Source: Octopus bimaculoides
Taxonomy: Eukaryota
Length of the DNA: 64,000 nt
Assembly: GCF_001194135.2 (NCBI RefSeq)
Contig: NC_068994.1
Location: 3,272,525 to 3,336,524, forward strand
Reading direction: 5' to 3'
The notes beneath the pieces were generated by a model that was given only the letters and a program-made list of their open reading frames with translations, made no database searches and was not told the DNA's origin. Shown here in pieces: positions 50,791 to 62,498 of the stretch (its first letter is position 1; each line of letters starts with the position of its first letter). Both the position numbers and the translations under genes were made by a program.

Positions 50791-53289
50791 TGTAAAAAAA
50801 AAAAATCTGTTTTATCATTTCAATTGAAGACATTTTTTAAAATAGAAGAAAGTTAATTACATTAATCACATAATTGTTCTTAATTTTGCTTTTATTTATG
50901 TCCATTATAACAAGAGTTTTACTTCATAGACTCAATGAAGCTGTGAAGGTATGTAAGTGTGTCTCCACAATATTTCTCTCTGTTACAATTATTGTTTACA
51001 ACTGTGTGCGTGAATGGGAATCACCTGAATTGATGATGTATTCTTGTCAACTGGTGCAAAGAGTGGCAGTTTCAGTAGAAAACTGCAACTTTGGGAGTTC
51101 CATTGAGTTGTAGATGGAATCCCCTTTTTTTTAGTTGAGACAGCCAACAGTTTTGGCTCTAACAAAATTTGAGGTCATATTCTGCAGGGGATCCCTTGTA
51201 CAAAGAAATGCTTTGCTCCCGTTAAGATTTCCCATTTTCAATTTGGACTGAGGAAAAATCAGCAACTTTTAAAATTTCAAATTGTGTTTTGCTTTTCTCA
51301 ATTGGAATCAGCTTGGAAAACGAAATGATTGCAAGTTTTATCAACATTTATTAACAATATGTTATTCAATGTATTGTTGAACAAAGTTAGAATCTGATGA
51401 GGGCAATTAATATTTTAGTGCAGAAAATTCCAGACATGTAAATTAAAGAGACTAACAAGCTAAAAGATAGCTGCCTTTACCAAGAAGCTGTAAAGATATT
51501 TCTCATTTGTCCAAAAATGTACAATTTTTCTTTAGTGTTGTTGAAATAAAAATATATTTTTTCTTCACATTCTTTTCTTTTTTTTGCCAATTTGTTTTCT
51601 TTTATTAATTAAATTAAGGTTGGGAGCTAGTAGAATCGTTACTGTGCTGGACAAAATGCTTAACTGCATTTTTTCTAACTTCTTACATTCTGAGGTCAAA
51701 TTTGCTTTTCATCATTTTGGGGGTCAATGAAGCAAGTATCATTTGAGCATTGGGGGTGACATAATTCATTTCCCTCTATCCCCCAAATTGCTGGCCTTGT
51801 GCCAAATTAAAAGAAACGACTTAATTCAAGACGAACCAAATATGTCTCTACGTGGTTGGTTAAGTCTTTTATATTTGGATGAGAGAGAGAACACCAGTAT
51901 CATGATAATGTAGCATTGTTGGTGGCACATAAAAAGCACCCACTACACTTTGGGAGTGTATTATATTACTTCAAAATACAATATGGAATGAAGAAATAAC
52001 TGATTTTTATGTGATTCACACACCTAAAAAAGATTGAAAAATGTCCATCTGTCAGCCCTGCTGTACCCGTCTCTATACAATTCCCCACCCCACATTTTAA
52101 GAAGCAATGCTTTACATTTTGTTCTTCACTCACTGTCCTCCTTCACACAGTCCAGGCATCTTTGATCTCTTTCTCTCCTCTAAACTCAACCATTATCAAG
52201 TCATCACTGCCCCTCTACCTGTATAAGATTGTCCAACATCATCATCATCACTGTTTAATATCTGTTCTCCATGCTGTCATGGGCTGGATGGTGTGACAGG
52301 GCCCAACACGCCAGATGACTGCACCAAACTCCAATGTCTGTTGAAGCATGGTTTCTACAGCTGGATGCCCTTCCTAACACAAACCATTTCACAGAGTGTA
52401 CTGGGTGCTTTTTATGTGGCACTCGTGGGGTCACCAAGTGACTAACAAGACAAGACACTTTGATCGAGGGAAGTGGCTTTATGCTAGGTGTTGAGAGGTA
52501 TTTTGGAGTGACAAAGCCAAATAAATCATGGCTACCCGTCACAAGGAAGGTACATGGGCTAGTGGTTAATGTGTTTGGTTCATGACCATATGAAGTTGGG
52601 TTCAATTTCTGAACTGGGTTGTGAATTATATTCTTGAGAAAAGCAATTCGTTTCACATTACTCCACTCTGCTCAGCTGTAAATAACTACCAGCTGAGTGT
52701 AGGCTCAGCCATCTCTTCCCCCTGGCTGTTCCACTGTGTTAAGAGCAAGTGGACCATACACACAGCTATATGAGGCACCTAAAACATTGAAAGTGTGGTG
52801 TATGTTAAGAAGCCATGTTTGAGTGACCACCAGCTGTCGTACCCTCCCACCTCTTGTGCCTACAGTAGAAAAGAATCTGCACTAGTGAGGGCTTTCCTAT
52901 CAATGAGATGGTCATCTAAAATATTTATATTCCCTAAGTGCTCTATCTCAGATGTGTCAGCAATATCTTAGAGGAACACACTTCCATGTGATTATGTGTA
53001 AATTCAAAGACGAGTATTGTGCAGTTTTGGGTGACAGAAATGGCATCTGGTCAAGAAAATTCTTCCTCAGTGAAGTCACATCTGATCCATGAAAGCATGG
53101 AAAAGTAGCAGTGATGGGAATGGGGGACAGCATTCCCCTACTTTTCAGCTCACAGAGGGCAGGGGTGGTGGCTGCCTTCTGCAACTTACTCTAGCTCATA
53201 AAACCCATTTCTATCCCTGAAAAGCAGACATTCAAATGATAAGGAGCTGTCTGTTATAAATTGACAATTACTTTATTCCCCAGAACGTA

Positions 53290-54090
53290 AAAAGTCATAA
53301 TTAAATACTGGAAGACATTTTGTCCCATTGTCCAAAGATTCAACAAATCCGCTGTTTTTCCCATCATCGAGTATTATTTTCGATACAGTCATCAGTTACT
53401 TCGCTTTGTGCTTTCCGTAGTCTAACACATATTTCATCACTTAGCATCTTCCATATCTTTCATTTACGCGCTTCTAAGTTCACTTGTTCATCCGTCTATT
53501 TCTCCAAACCTTCATTAATTCAGTCTTTAAGTTGCTTTGTTTTAAATGGAAGGTAATATTATCCTTTATTAAGTACATTATATACAGTTGTTTACGATAT
53601 TTATACACGTTTGTGTTTGATTTCCAAGTTTTCTGATTCTCTGTTTATTTCATCCCATTTAGTCAAATCCAGTCTTATTGCCGTCCGGCTACAATATATT
53701 TGGTTTGACAGTGTCCTCACTCTGTTTTAATTAAAAACTGTCTCTTCTAAATTTACTAAATTAATTAACAAGTGATCTAAATTCAACAATATTCAAGCAT
53801 AGTTGTAGTTTAGCTGGTTAAATTCATAGAGAATCGACGAGGGTCTTCCTGGTCGCCCAATCTACTCAAAATAGCAGCTAAATCCACTTCACATCACAGC
53901 TTCACTCTCTTGGGAAGAGAAATACCACTTTAAAGATAATGTAGTCCTCGGCATACTTCTGAAATGACAGGGTGGTCAAGACTGGACTGCTTTTCATTGT
54001 ATTTCTGCTCCATCATGACTCGCTTGGTTAAACAACAACAAACACACTATGTATAGAGACCATTCTTCACCTTTGTGCGTGTGTGTGTGT
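53290..54090 (+). repeat. Segmental duplicate copy 1 of the ZF4 upstream block (promoter-like sequence, donor, SINE C)
   Basis: Colinear with 57370-58218; includes TTTACGCGC (53463) and donor AAG|GTAATA (53552/53553). Confidence 0.85.
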
Positions 54091-54708
54091 ATATATATAT
54101 ATACTCTCTCTCTTACGGAAGAGCTAGAAAGTGTTAGGAAATGGGTGGGTTTCTTTTTTTAAATTCATTTTTTTTCTTTAATGTATTCCTCTGTTTCATT
54201 CAACGGGAATTATAATTCCAAAACGAGGGGCGCAGTTCCGGATTAGTTGGATTTTCTCCGTTTTTACCGGGAGTTTTTCACCATTACCTTTAATGAGGGG
54301 AAACCTTTTATGAAGAACTTCCCCCACATCCGAACCGATTTTGGCTAATTTGTTTAGTTTTCTACGCACTTAAAAAAAATCACAGCAGAAGCCTTTTCGG
54401 TTAAAAAAAATTTTTTTGAGAATATTTCGATCCATATAAAGTTCTAAGACCCGTTAACGAAAATATAAAAAAAGCCTGGCCTACTAGGTGTAAGGAAGTG
54501 TGTAGAAAACGAAATATGTAAAAAAAAAAAAATATTGCGCAAACGAACGTGGGGGGTGGGAGAGGACTTTCGGAAAATTCACAACGTCGGATTTTTCCCT
54601 CATAAGTTTTAGGAAAATAGATATATATTTAAAGTGAAAAAACAAAACATTGCATGCATTAATTTCAACACTTCTTATTAATAACTGCATTATTTCTTTC
54701 CAGGTAAA

Positions 54709-55740
54709 ATGGACAAAATTTGGCATCGTGGTGTGATCAAGTACCTGCAGAAAAAGGGTTTAGCCCCCAAGGACATTCATGCTGACATGGTTGCTACATT
54801 AGGGGATGATGCTCCAGCTTTATCGACAGTGCAAAAGTGGGCAGCTGAATTTAGGAAGGGAAGGGAAAATCTCGAAGATGACCCAAGGTCTGGACGTCCT
54901 GCAACTGCCACCACCGAGGAAAACATTGATCGTGTTCACCACATGGTGATGGATGACAGGCAGTTGACTATAAATCAAATAGCCAATACTATTAGCATAT
55001 CCCGCGAGAGAGTTGAGAATATTCTGCATAAAGAACTTGGCATGTTGAAGGTTTCTGCTTTGTGGGTGCCACGTCTTCTGACATCTGATCAAAAAGACAC
55101 CAGGTTAATCAGCTCACGGGAAAATCTGGCGTTGTTTGAGGCAGATCCAGCTGATTTCCTTGAACGTTTCCTAACCCAGGGTGAGTGCTGGGTTCATCAT
55201 TTTGAACCTGAGACAAGGGAACTCACCTCCCCACCTGCACCAAAGAAGGCCAAGAATATTTCATCTGCAGCGAAGGTGATGGCCTCAGTTTTTTGGGATG
55301 CAAAAGGCATTGTGTTTATTGACTATCTTCAAAAGAGGCACGCCATCAATGGAGAGTACTATGCCAACTTGCTGAGGCAGTTAAAAACGGCTTTGAAGAC
55401 CAAACGCCCAGGGAAACTGGCAAAAGGGATCTTGTTTCATCAGGACAATGCTCCAGCACACAAATCCTTGGTTTCAATGGCTGCTGTGCATGATTGTGGC
55501 TTTGAACTGGTTGATCACCCTCCTTATTCTCCTGATTTGGCTCCATCTGACTATTATCTGTTCCCCAACATGAAAAAACACTTGGCTGGGAAGCAGCATC
55601 GCACTGATGATGACGTTATGTCTGCAGTTGATGACTTCTTTAACCAACGTGATGAAAGTTTCTTCACCAATGGGATCCAAGCACTTCAACACCGATGGAA
55701 GAAGTGTGTGGACCGTGAGGGGGACTATGTTGAAAAATAA
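54709..55740 (+). CDS. Mariner (DD34D, irritans-like) transposase ORF, uninterrupted, first catalytic Asp replaced by Gly, 343 aa
   Basis: HTH region, WVPRLL, HQDNAPAH and YSPDLAPSDY present; TQGE in place of TxDE; QSxxW segment missing; right TIR-like sequence at 55776-55804; no left TIR found. Confidence 0.88.
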   Translation: MDKIWHRGVIKYLQKKGLAPKDIHADMVATLGDDAPALSTVQKWAAEFRKGRENLEDDPRSGRPATATTEENIDRVHHMVMDDRQLTINQIANTISISRERVENILHKELGMLKVSALWVPRLLTSDQKDTRLISSRENLALFEADPADFLERFLTQGECWVHHFEPETRELTSPPAPKKAKNISSAAKVMASVFWDAKGIVFIDYLQKRHAINGEYYANLLRQLKTALKTKRPGKLAKGILFHQDNAPAHKSLVSMAAVHDCGFELVDHPPYSPDLAPSDYYLFPNMKKHLAGKQHRTDDDVMSAVDDFFNQRDESFFTNGIQALQHRWKKCVDREGDYVEK

Positions 55741-55949
55741 ACATCATTTGGTCACATTCCATGAGAGTGTCTTGCTCAGCCTGTGAACTTTGCAGCCAAT
55801 CCTCAGAGACCATATTATTTTGTTATTGTAGCAGTGAATATACAAAAATTCATTTCATGTTTCCATCTTCGTTTTTAAATTTGTTTTCATAATTTACTCC
55901 TGAGTGAATTGTCCTTTGATGTCCAAGATTATGGCCAGCAATTTTAGTG

Positions 55950-56690
55950 AATTTTAATTTGGAAACCCTGCTGCTTCTAGTATGTTCAAATGAAAGGATT
56001 GTATGGTGGCATTGAATGCTCTTGATAATATAGCGAAACAGAAAAGAATAACTTTAGCCGTGAAGTATGAAATCTTAAATGAACAGAAAGCCGGAGGAAG
56101 TGAGCCTTAAAATTTCTTTTAAGTCAGTCAACTGTGTTTATGATTTTAATGAATAAAGAAAAATATTTGAATGAAATTAGAAGGGCATATTCATTACAAT
56201 TGATGAGGGTGTGTAAGAAAGAGGTGGTCAGCCTCATAGGTCACATGGAAGAGCTTTTATCAGTTACAATTAAATATTCCTAGAACAGAGTCTGTTTTTA
56301 AGACACTTAAAGATATGAAAGGAGGTAACTGTAAAGAAACTTATTGTAAGCAATGGCTGGTTTTATTGAAAAAAAAACGACTGCAAAGCAAGGTTTTAAA
56401 ATAGGTAATGACTGTTACTACTGCTTGGAGGTAAAAGCATTGCAAGGGCTCCATAAGGGCTACCCTTCTAGTCATTTAGAGAAGAAAATAAAGATACTTG
56501 GATTACTTCACTGTTTGAAGACTGGTTTTCACATAATTTTGTATTGGAAGTTAAAATATTGTAAAGACAAAAATATTCTATTTCATGTATTTCTGGTTGT
56601 TGATAATGCTCTTTGTCATTCACAATTTCTGCAGTGTTACCATCCAAATATTAAATCTATTTTTATTTTGGAAACTTTTTTATTTCAATA
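55950..56690 (+). mobile_element. pogo/Tigger transposase relic
   Basis: Joined frames give ...LFEDWFSHNFVLEV..YCKDKNILFHVFLVVDNALCH, typical of the DDE_1 domain. Confidence 0.75.
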
Positions 56691-57369
56691 AAGTGTATTT
56701 TACATATAATGGAATAAAAAGTACACATTAAGTACAGAGCTTATGTCTTCTTCATTCAGTGGTGTTTTGCGTATGGTTTTTTTATAATTAAATGCCATGC
56801 GAAATTGTCATGGCACCTGTGCCCAGCATCGCCTTCCTGGCACGTGTAAAGACATTCGAGCGAGATCGTTGCCAGTGCCACCGAACTGACTCCTGTGCAG
56901 GTGGCACGTAAAATACACCATTTTGAGCGTGGCCGTTGCCAGTACGAGTGTAACAGTGAGTTGTCTCATCCATGTGGATCCCCCCCCCCAATCTTTTATG
57001 AACTCTAGTTGAGAACCATTGTTGTAGAAGAAAGAAACAGAAACCTATTTATGACAGAGTGATAGTTCACTTTGTAAGGAGGCTGGTGTTAATAAGGGCA
57101 TCCAACTGTAAAAACTATGCCAAAATAAACAGTGGAGCAGTCCTCTGGTTTGCCAGCTCCTGTCAAACCACCCAACCCCTGCCAGCGTGGAAAACGGACG
57201 TTAAACGACGATGATGATGATTTATCAAGACACATGAGTGAAAGCAGACTTCCACACTCAATAAATTGTGTTATTTAATTATATTGGTTCTTATTGTATT
57301 CTAAGAAGACATCTTCCTGTACGTCTGTCTCTTATATTTATATTGACTTACTTTATTCCCCAAATCTTC

Positions 57370-58218
57370 GACGGAAACTCAGAACAATACTACAAAACAT
57401 CTTGCCCATTCTCCAACGATTCAACAAATCATCCACTGCTTTTAATACCATCTAATATTTTGTTTGTTTATCAGTTACTTCGCTTTGTGTCTTCCGTAAT
57501 CGAAATCGAAGGTACATTTAATCACTTAGCATCTTCCATATGTTTCATTTACGCGCCTCAAAACTGGGTTTTTTTCATTCGAACAAATATTTCGTCGATT
57601 CATCTTCCAACCGTTTGCTGTTCAGTTTTACATTTTTATTGTAAATTCAAAGCCATTGAATTGCATTACTTGTTTTTAATTGAAGGTAAGTTCATCTTTT
57701 ACTGGTTCATTATATACAGTTGTTTACGATATTCGTGTTCGTTAATTTCCAAGTTATTTTTGTTTATTTATTCCCATGTGTTTATCTCCAGTTTTATTGT
57801 CGTACAGCTACAGTATATTTGGTTTGACAGTATCCTCACTCTATTTTAATTAAAAACTGTCTCTTCTAAATTGGCTAAGTTGTTATCAAGTGAAATGAAT
57901 ACGACAATATTCAGGCATAGTTGTAGTTTAGCTGGTTAAATTCTTACCCGACGAGGGTCTCTCCCTGGTCACCCAATCTATTCAAAATAGCAGCTAAATC
58001 CACTTCACATCACAGCTTCACTTTCTTGGGAAAAGAAATACCACTTTAAAGATAATGTAGTCCTCGGCATACTTCTGAAATGACAGGGTGGTCAAGACTG
58101 GTCTACTTTTGATTATAGATCTGCTCCATCAAGACTCGCTTGGTTAAACAACTAATATTTACAACACGTACTCCTTTACATTTATGGAAACAATTATTTA
58201 TCTTTGCGTGTGTGTATT
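57370..58218 (+). promoter_or_regulatory. Candidate ZF4 promoter/first exon block (duplicate copy 2)
   Basis: TTTACGCGCC 57548-57557; consensus donor AAG|GTAAGT at 57685/57686, about 1.45 kb upstream of ZF4 acceptors (59125, 59156). Confidence 0.5.
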
Positions 58219-59158
58219 ACTTCCTAAAAAATTAAAATTGTTATATTTCTGTTCCCCGACTGCACTTCTGTATCTTTCCCCCATCTGCCTGAACTAGTGT
58301 TTTCGATATCCTTAGCTAGTTTCATTGTGGGTAGTTTTAAATAATTTTAATTAGATCACCCAATCACATTTGTCAATTTCTGAATAGCCATCACAGTGAA
58401 ATGGTGTGCTCTGATCCCTGAAGGAATCTTAGCTTTGCTGTCGTAATATAGAGCTATTTCTTGAGTAATACTGAACATGGTGGTGCTCAACTCTTGAGTC
58501 GTAAAAACAACGCAAACCTATAATTCGTATTTCACTCCCTGATAAACTCATAAAGGGAAGCTCGTAAGTCGAAATTGGTAGACTTCTTTGATGTTATTTG
58601 TTCTTATTGCTATGTTTTAATTTATTGTTATGATAATATAGGTGTTTTTTATAGCTGTTTATTTAGTAAATTTGGGGACTGACTCTATATAATCAACTGT
58701 TTTCATTGGGATTGATGAAAATTTATAAAACGTGTCAACAAAAACGAAATGTATTAGAAATACAGAAGTTACGATCCGAGTTTTTAGAAGTTACGTTCCA
58801 AGGTCACAAGTAAATGTTGCCGAAACGAAGTCATAGTGTTGTCGCAGTGAAACATTTAGATCTTTTGTGGGACAGTGGTTCCCATCTGGGACTTGAACTC
58901 TGATGGGTGAAGTGTTTATGTTTGATTTGAGACCTTGTAAAGTATAATTACGCACGAAGATGTGAACCATTATTCATTAAACGTCTTTAATCTGATTGAT
59001 ACTAGTGTCCATAAACTGTTGATTGAAGGGTAGTTCGAAGCATTTCGTTTGGTATTCTGTAATTTCTGCCAGTTCACCCCCATTGCTGTTCTCTTGTTTA
59101 ATTAAATATTTCCGTTGGCTTTCAGCTGCAACAGAAGAGAAATTGTTTTCAAATAGGG

Positions 59159-59770
59159 ATGGAGGCCTCCACAGCATCTGTAAATGAGGAACCAGTACAA
59201 GTTAAGAAGAAAATAATCGAAAATGGTTTTTATTGTGATGTGTGTGAGAAGGTGTTTTCATCTAGGGCCCATGCGAGGACCCATAAACCGGCGCACATGT
59301 GCCTTCGAAAGTTGAAGTGTTCCAAATGTGAAAAACGTTTCTATAGACCGCATCATTTGAGAGCCCACGAAACAATCCATTCGTCAGCCCGTCCATTTGC
59401 TTGTGATATTTGCAAGAAAACCTTCAAGTTGGAGATGACTCTGAAGCACCATCGGAACTCACATTCAGGAGAGAGACCCCACGAATGCCCTGACTGTGCT
59501 TTCAGATTCCGTGAACCTAAAGCTTTGAAGCGTCATTACAGGAACATTCACCTGAACCAAAAGTTTTATGAATGTAATGTCTGTAAAACCAAGTTCAATC
59601 GGAGAGAATCACTTCGTAGCCATTTGAATAAACACAAGGAAGACTATCCGTTTGGTTGTAACTTGTGTGGAAAGTTGTTTGCTGATGCCAGTCAGTTGCA
59701 GAAACATAAGAAAGCATCTCATCTAGAAATCAGAACTTCAAAATCATCTCAGTCACAACAGAAAACCTAA
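59159..59770 (+). CDS. C2H2 zinc-finger protein ZF4 (6 fingers), paralog of ZF3, 203 aa
   Basis: Intact ORF; fingers align one-to-one with ZF3 (HSSARPFACDIC vs HSSIRPFVCDIC; HECPDCAFRF vs HECPICGFRF). Confidence 0.88.
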   Translation: MEASTASVNEEPVQVKKKIIENGFYCDVCEKVFSSRAHARTHKPAHMCLRKLKCSKCEKRFYRPHHLRAHETIHSSARPFACDICKKTFKLEMTLKHHRNSHSGERPHECPDCAFRFREPKALKRHYRNIHLNQKFYECNVCKTKFNRRESLRSHLNKHKEDYPFGCNLCGKLFADASQLQKHKKASHLEIRTSKSSQSQQKT

Positions 59771-60199
59771 AACGTTTATAAAGTAAAATAAATTGGTTTA
59801 TTTTACAGAAATTTGTTCATTTTTATAAAGATTTGAAATCATAACAACATTCATTAGGCTCAGCTCTGGACTAAAACCACTTTCTGGTTGCCTTTCGCAA
59901 GAACATCCTGTTATGAAATCAATTTTACATGGAACAATTTCTGTGATATAGTTTTTATTTTTTAAAATTACAACAAAATCTGCGTAAGGCTGGAATAATG
60001 TGAGGTGGTCTATTAACCCTTAAGGATCACAGGCTCCCACTTCCTGATGGATATAACAAGGCCAAAACAAACCATCATATTACTAAAGACCACATCCATT
60101 CTATTTTTAATCTAAGCCTTATTAATTTAGATTCCCTGGTTGTGTCCCTTGCCTTTCTTCATCAGAATTAATTTATTTCTCTTCACTGCAAAATGTTCA

Positions 60200-61400
60200 T
60201 CCTCACCACTCAACATGTTTTCCGTGGGTGGAATGATTTGACAGGAGCTGGCAAGCCAGAGAACTGCACCAGGTTCCAATGTCTTCTTTGGCATGCTTTC
60301 CATGCTTGAATGCCCTGTTTAATGTTGGTCACTTTACAGAGTGTACTGGGTGCTTTTTTTTTATGTAGCACCAGCACCAACAGGGTCACCAAGTAACTTG
60401 CAAGACAAAGATTTCTTGATTAGGAGAGAGGCTGGTCTTGAGACAGCTTTCTGCTGGTTGAACGATTAGAATATAAAAGAGGTGTCTTGCCATAGAGGGG
60501 ATACTTGGCTACCTTAGTAGGAAAGAGAGAGAAAAAGATGGTGGAAGAGATGTATTGGGACATACCTACAAAGTAGAGTGGGGGTGAATGTATGTGACTC
60601 AGAAGGAACACAGGAATATGTTCCATAAGAGTGTGAAGGGAGATAGGGAAGAGGTGACTAGGATGTGTTGATGAGAGAAATTGTAATGTGGGGGGGGTGA
60701 CTATAGTAGATAATGCGAGGGCATTGAGAGTGTGCAAATAGGCACATGAGGGAGAGTTGAGGGACACAGCAAGTAGATGGGTTGGAGGGGATTTTTGACG
60801 GGGGACTGTGTGTGTGTGTCTGAAGGCTGGGATGGAGAATATAGCCTGTATGACCTCAATATTACTTAATTTGATGTGTCTTTTCAAGCACAGCAAATTA
60901 ACAGTTGTCTTGGTTACTTGTCTCCTTTCTGAAGATCATTTCTCACCACTTCATCTATCTTCCTGGGGCTACCTCTTCCACAGTCTTCACATGTCCTCTG
61001 CAGCCACAGCCCAAGTTTCACTACCATGTAGTATAGCTGTTCACACACAAGCATCATACAATCTGCCTTTGAATCTGAGGGAGAGAGGACCTCTGTTACC
61101 ATCAAAGGTAATAGCTTCCTGAACTTTGCCCAGCCTAGCAGCCACGCTTTCAGATCAACATCCTCTATTGCTAATTTGGTTGCCTAGATAACAGAAGCTA
61201 TCTATTCTAAGGCTCTCCTTGGACATTTGAGGAAGTCTATTTCCTGTACGTTCTTAGTGTTTATTGTGTCTGCACATTTGCTTCACACAAAGATTGCTTG
61301 CTCTGTTAATCTTCCTGTGGTTTCTATTGCACCATATATGTGTCCATAGCTTGCATCAGTGCTGGATTGACCATTAAGCAATATAAGCACGTGCTTAGGA
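60200..61400 (-). mobile_element. RTE LINE 3' fragment (RT C-terminus plus 3' UTR), internally deleted
   Basis: LSLRFKGRLYDACV.TAILHGSETWAV homologous to the 880-1415 copy; same tail as 3976-4345. Confidence 0.8.
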
Positions 61401-61757
61401 CATCACAGAAATGGTAAATAGTTTATGGCACAAAAGAAATCATTTTAAACTCATTAAAATAAATATTATTGTTAAGTGTGTCTTTCCAAATGTTGACATT
61501 GCTTTTCGTATATTTTGAACATTAATGGTCACAAGTTGTTCAGCTGAGCATTTATTTTCTCAGTTGAAGTATATTAAAAATCCCTGATGGGATCAACTAC
61601 TCAACAAGGCAGGCTGGATGCCTTATCTCTACTAAGTACAGAACCAGATGTGATACACAAAATTAATTTTGAGGATCTGATCAAATAAATAAAGTAAAAG
61701 TTTACAAAAATCTACACTATTTTATGGTTTATTGTTGTTGATATTTTGAATTACATA

Positions 61758-62498
61758 CAGGGTGCGTAAGGTATTTGAGGACATACCTTTTTTCGTGTCA
61801 TTGCTGCATTTTTTGCTAACTCTGTATAATCTTTATTTCAGAAAATAATAATGGCAGACCCTCAGCTTACTCAAGAAATGAAGAGGTATGCTGTTATTGT
61901 GGTTATAAAAGCTAAGCATAGCAATTTAGAAATATCTTGATTCTTAAAAGTTGCCAGATCTTTCGTCTACAAAATTTGTAAGGAGCTAGAGAGTAACGAT
62001 GGAGATGTATCACCAGTATCAAAGCATAAAAAGCATTCTAAAAGCTATGAAATCATTAGAACACCTGAATTTATCCAGCAAATTCAACAGACCATTGATT
62101 ACAATCCCAGAAAGTCCATGTGTCAGAAGGAACAGCCAGAAATGTTGTCCACAAAGACATCAGATCTAAGTCTTATATGATGAGGAAAAGAAAATCACTA
62201 CATCAGATCTAGAAGGCTCTTAGATAAACTGAAAAATGCAGCAGAAGAAGATTTGATTTGGTTTTTCTCAAACGAGAAAAACTTCAACCAAGATCAAAAA
62301 GAAATGGCAGATTGTTATATGCAGATACGTCTGAAGTCCCAAGTGGTTATGCATATAAAATTTCCTGCAACTGTAATGTGATGCCTCCTTCCTTTTTTCC
62401 ACAAGGCCTTAGGGTTAATTCTGCCATATTATTATCTTTCATTATACATTTGTTTTCTTATGAACATAAATCTGTCCTCAAATATCTTACCCATCCTG
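61758..62498 (+). mobile_element. Internally deleted Tc1/mariner (maT-like) element with both TIRs and TA TSD
   Basis: 26-bp TIRs CAGGGTGCGTAAGGTATTTGAGGACA / TGTCCTCAAATATCTTACCCATCCTG (3 mismatches), TA at 61756-57 and 62499-500; broken ORF MADPQLTQEMKR...WFFSNEKNF. Confidence 0.85.

Noticed and set aside
51390-51450. CTGATGAG...GAAA hammerhead-like core on the plus strand
   Set aside because: Stem II pairs poorly and no stem III/NUH or stem I can be formed
57268-57849. 193-aa hydrophobic ORF starting at GTG
   Set aside because: AT-rich composition; the frame is not preserved in the duplicate at 53290-54090; overlaps the likely promoter/intron
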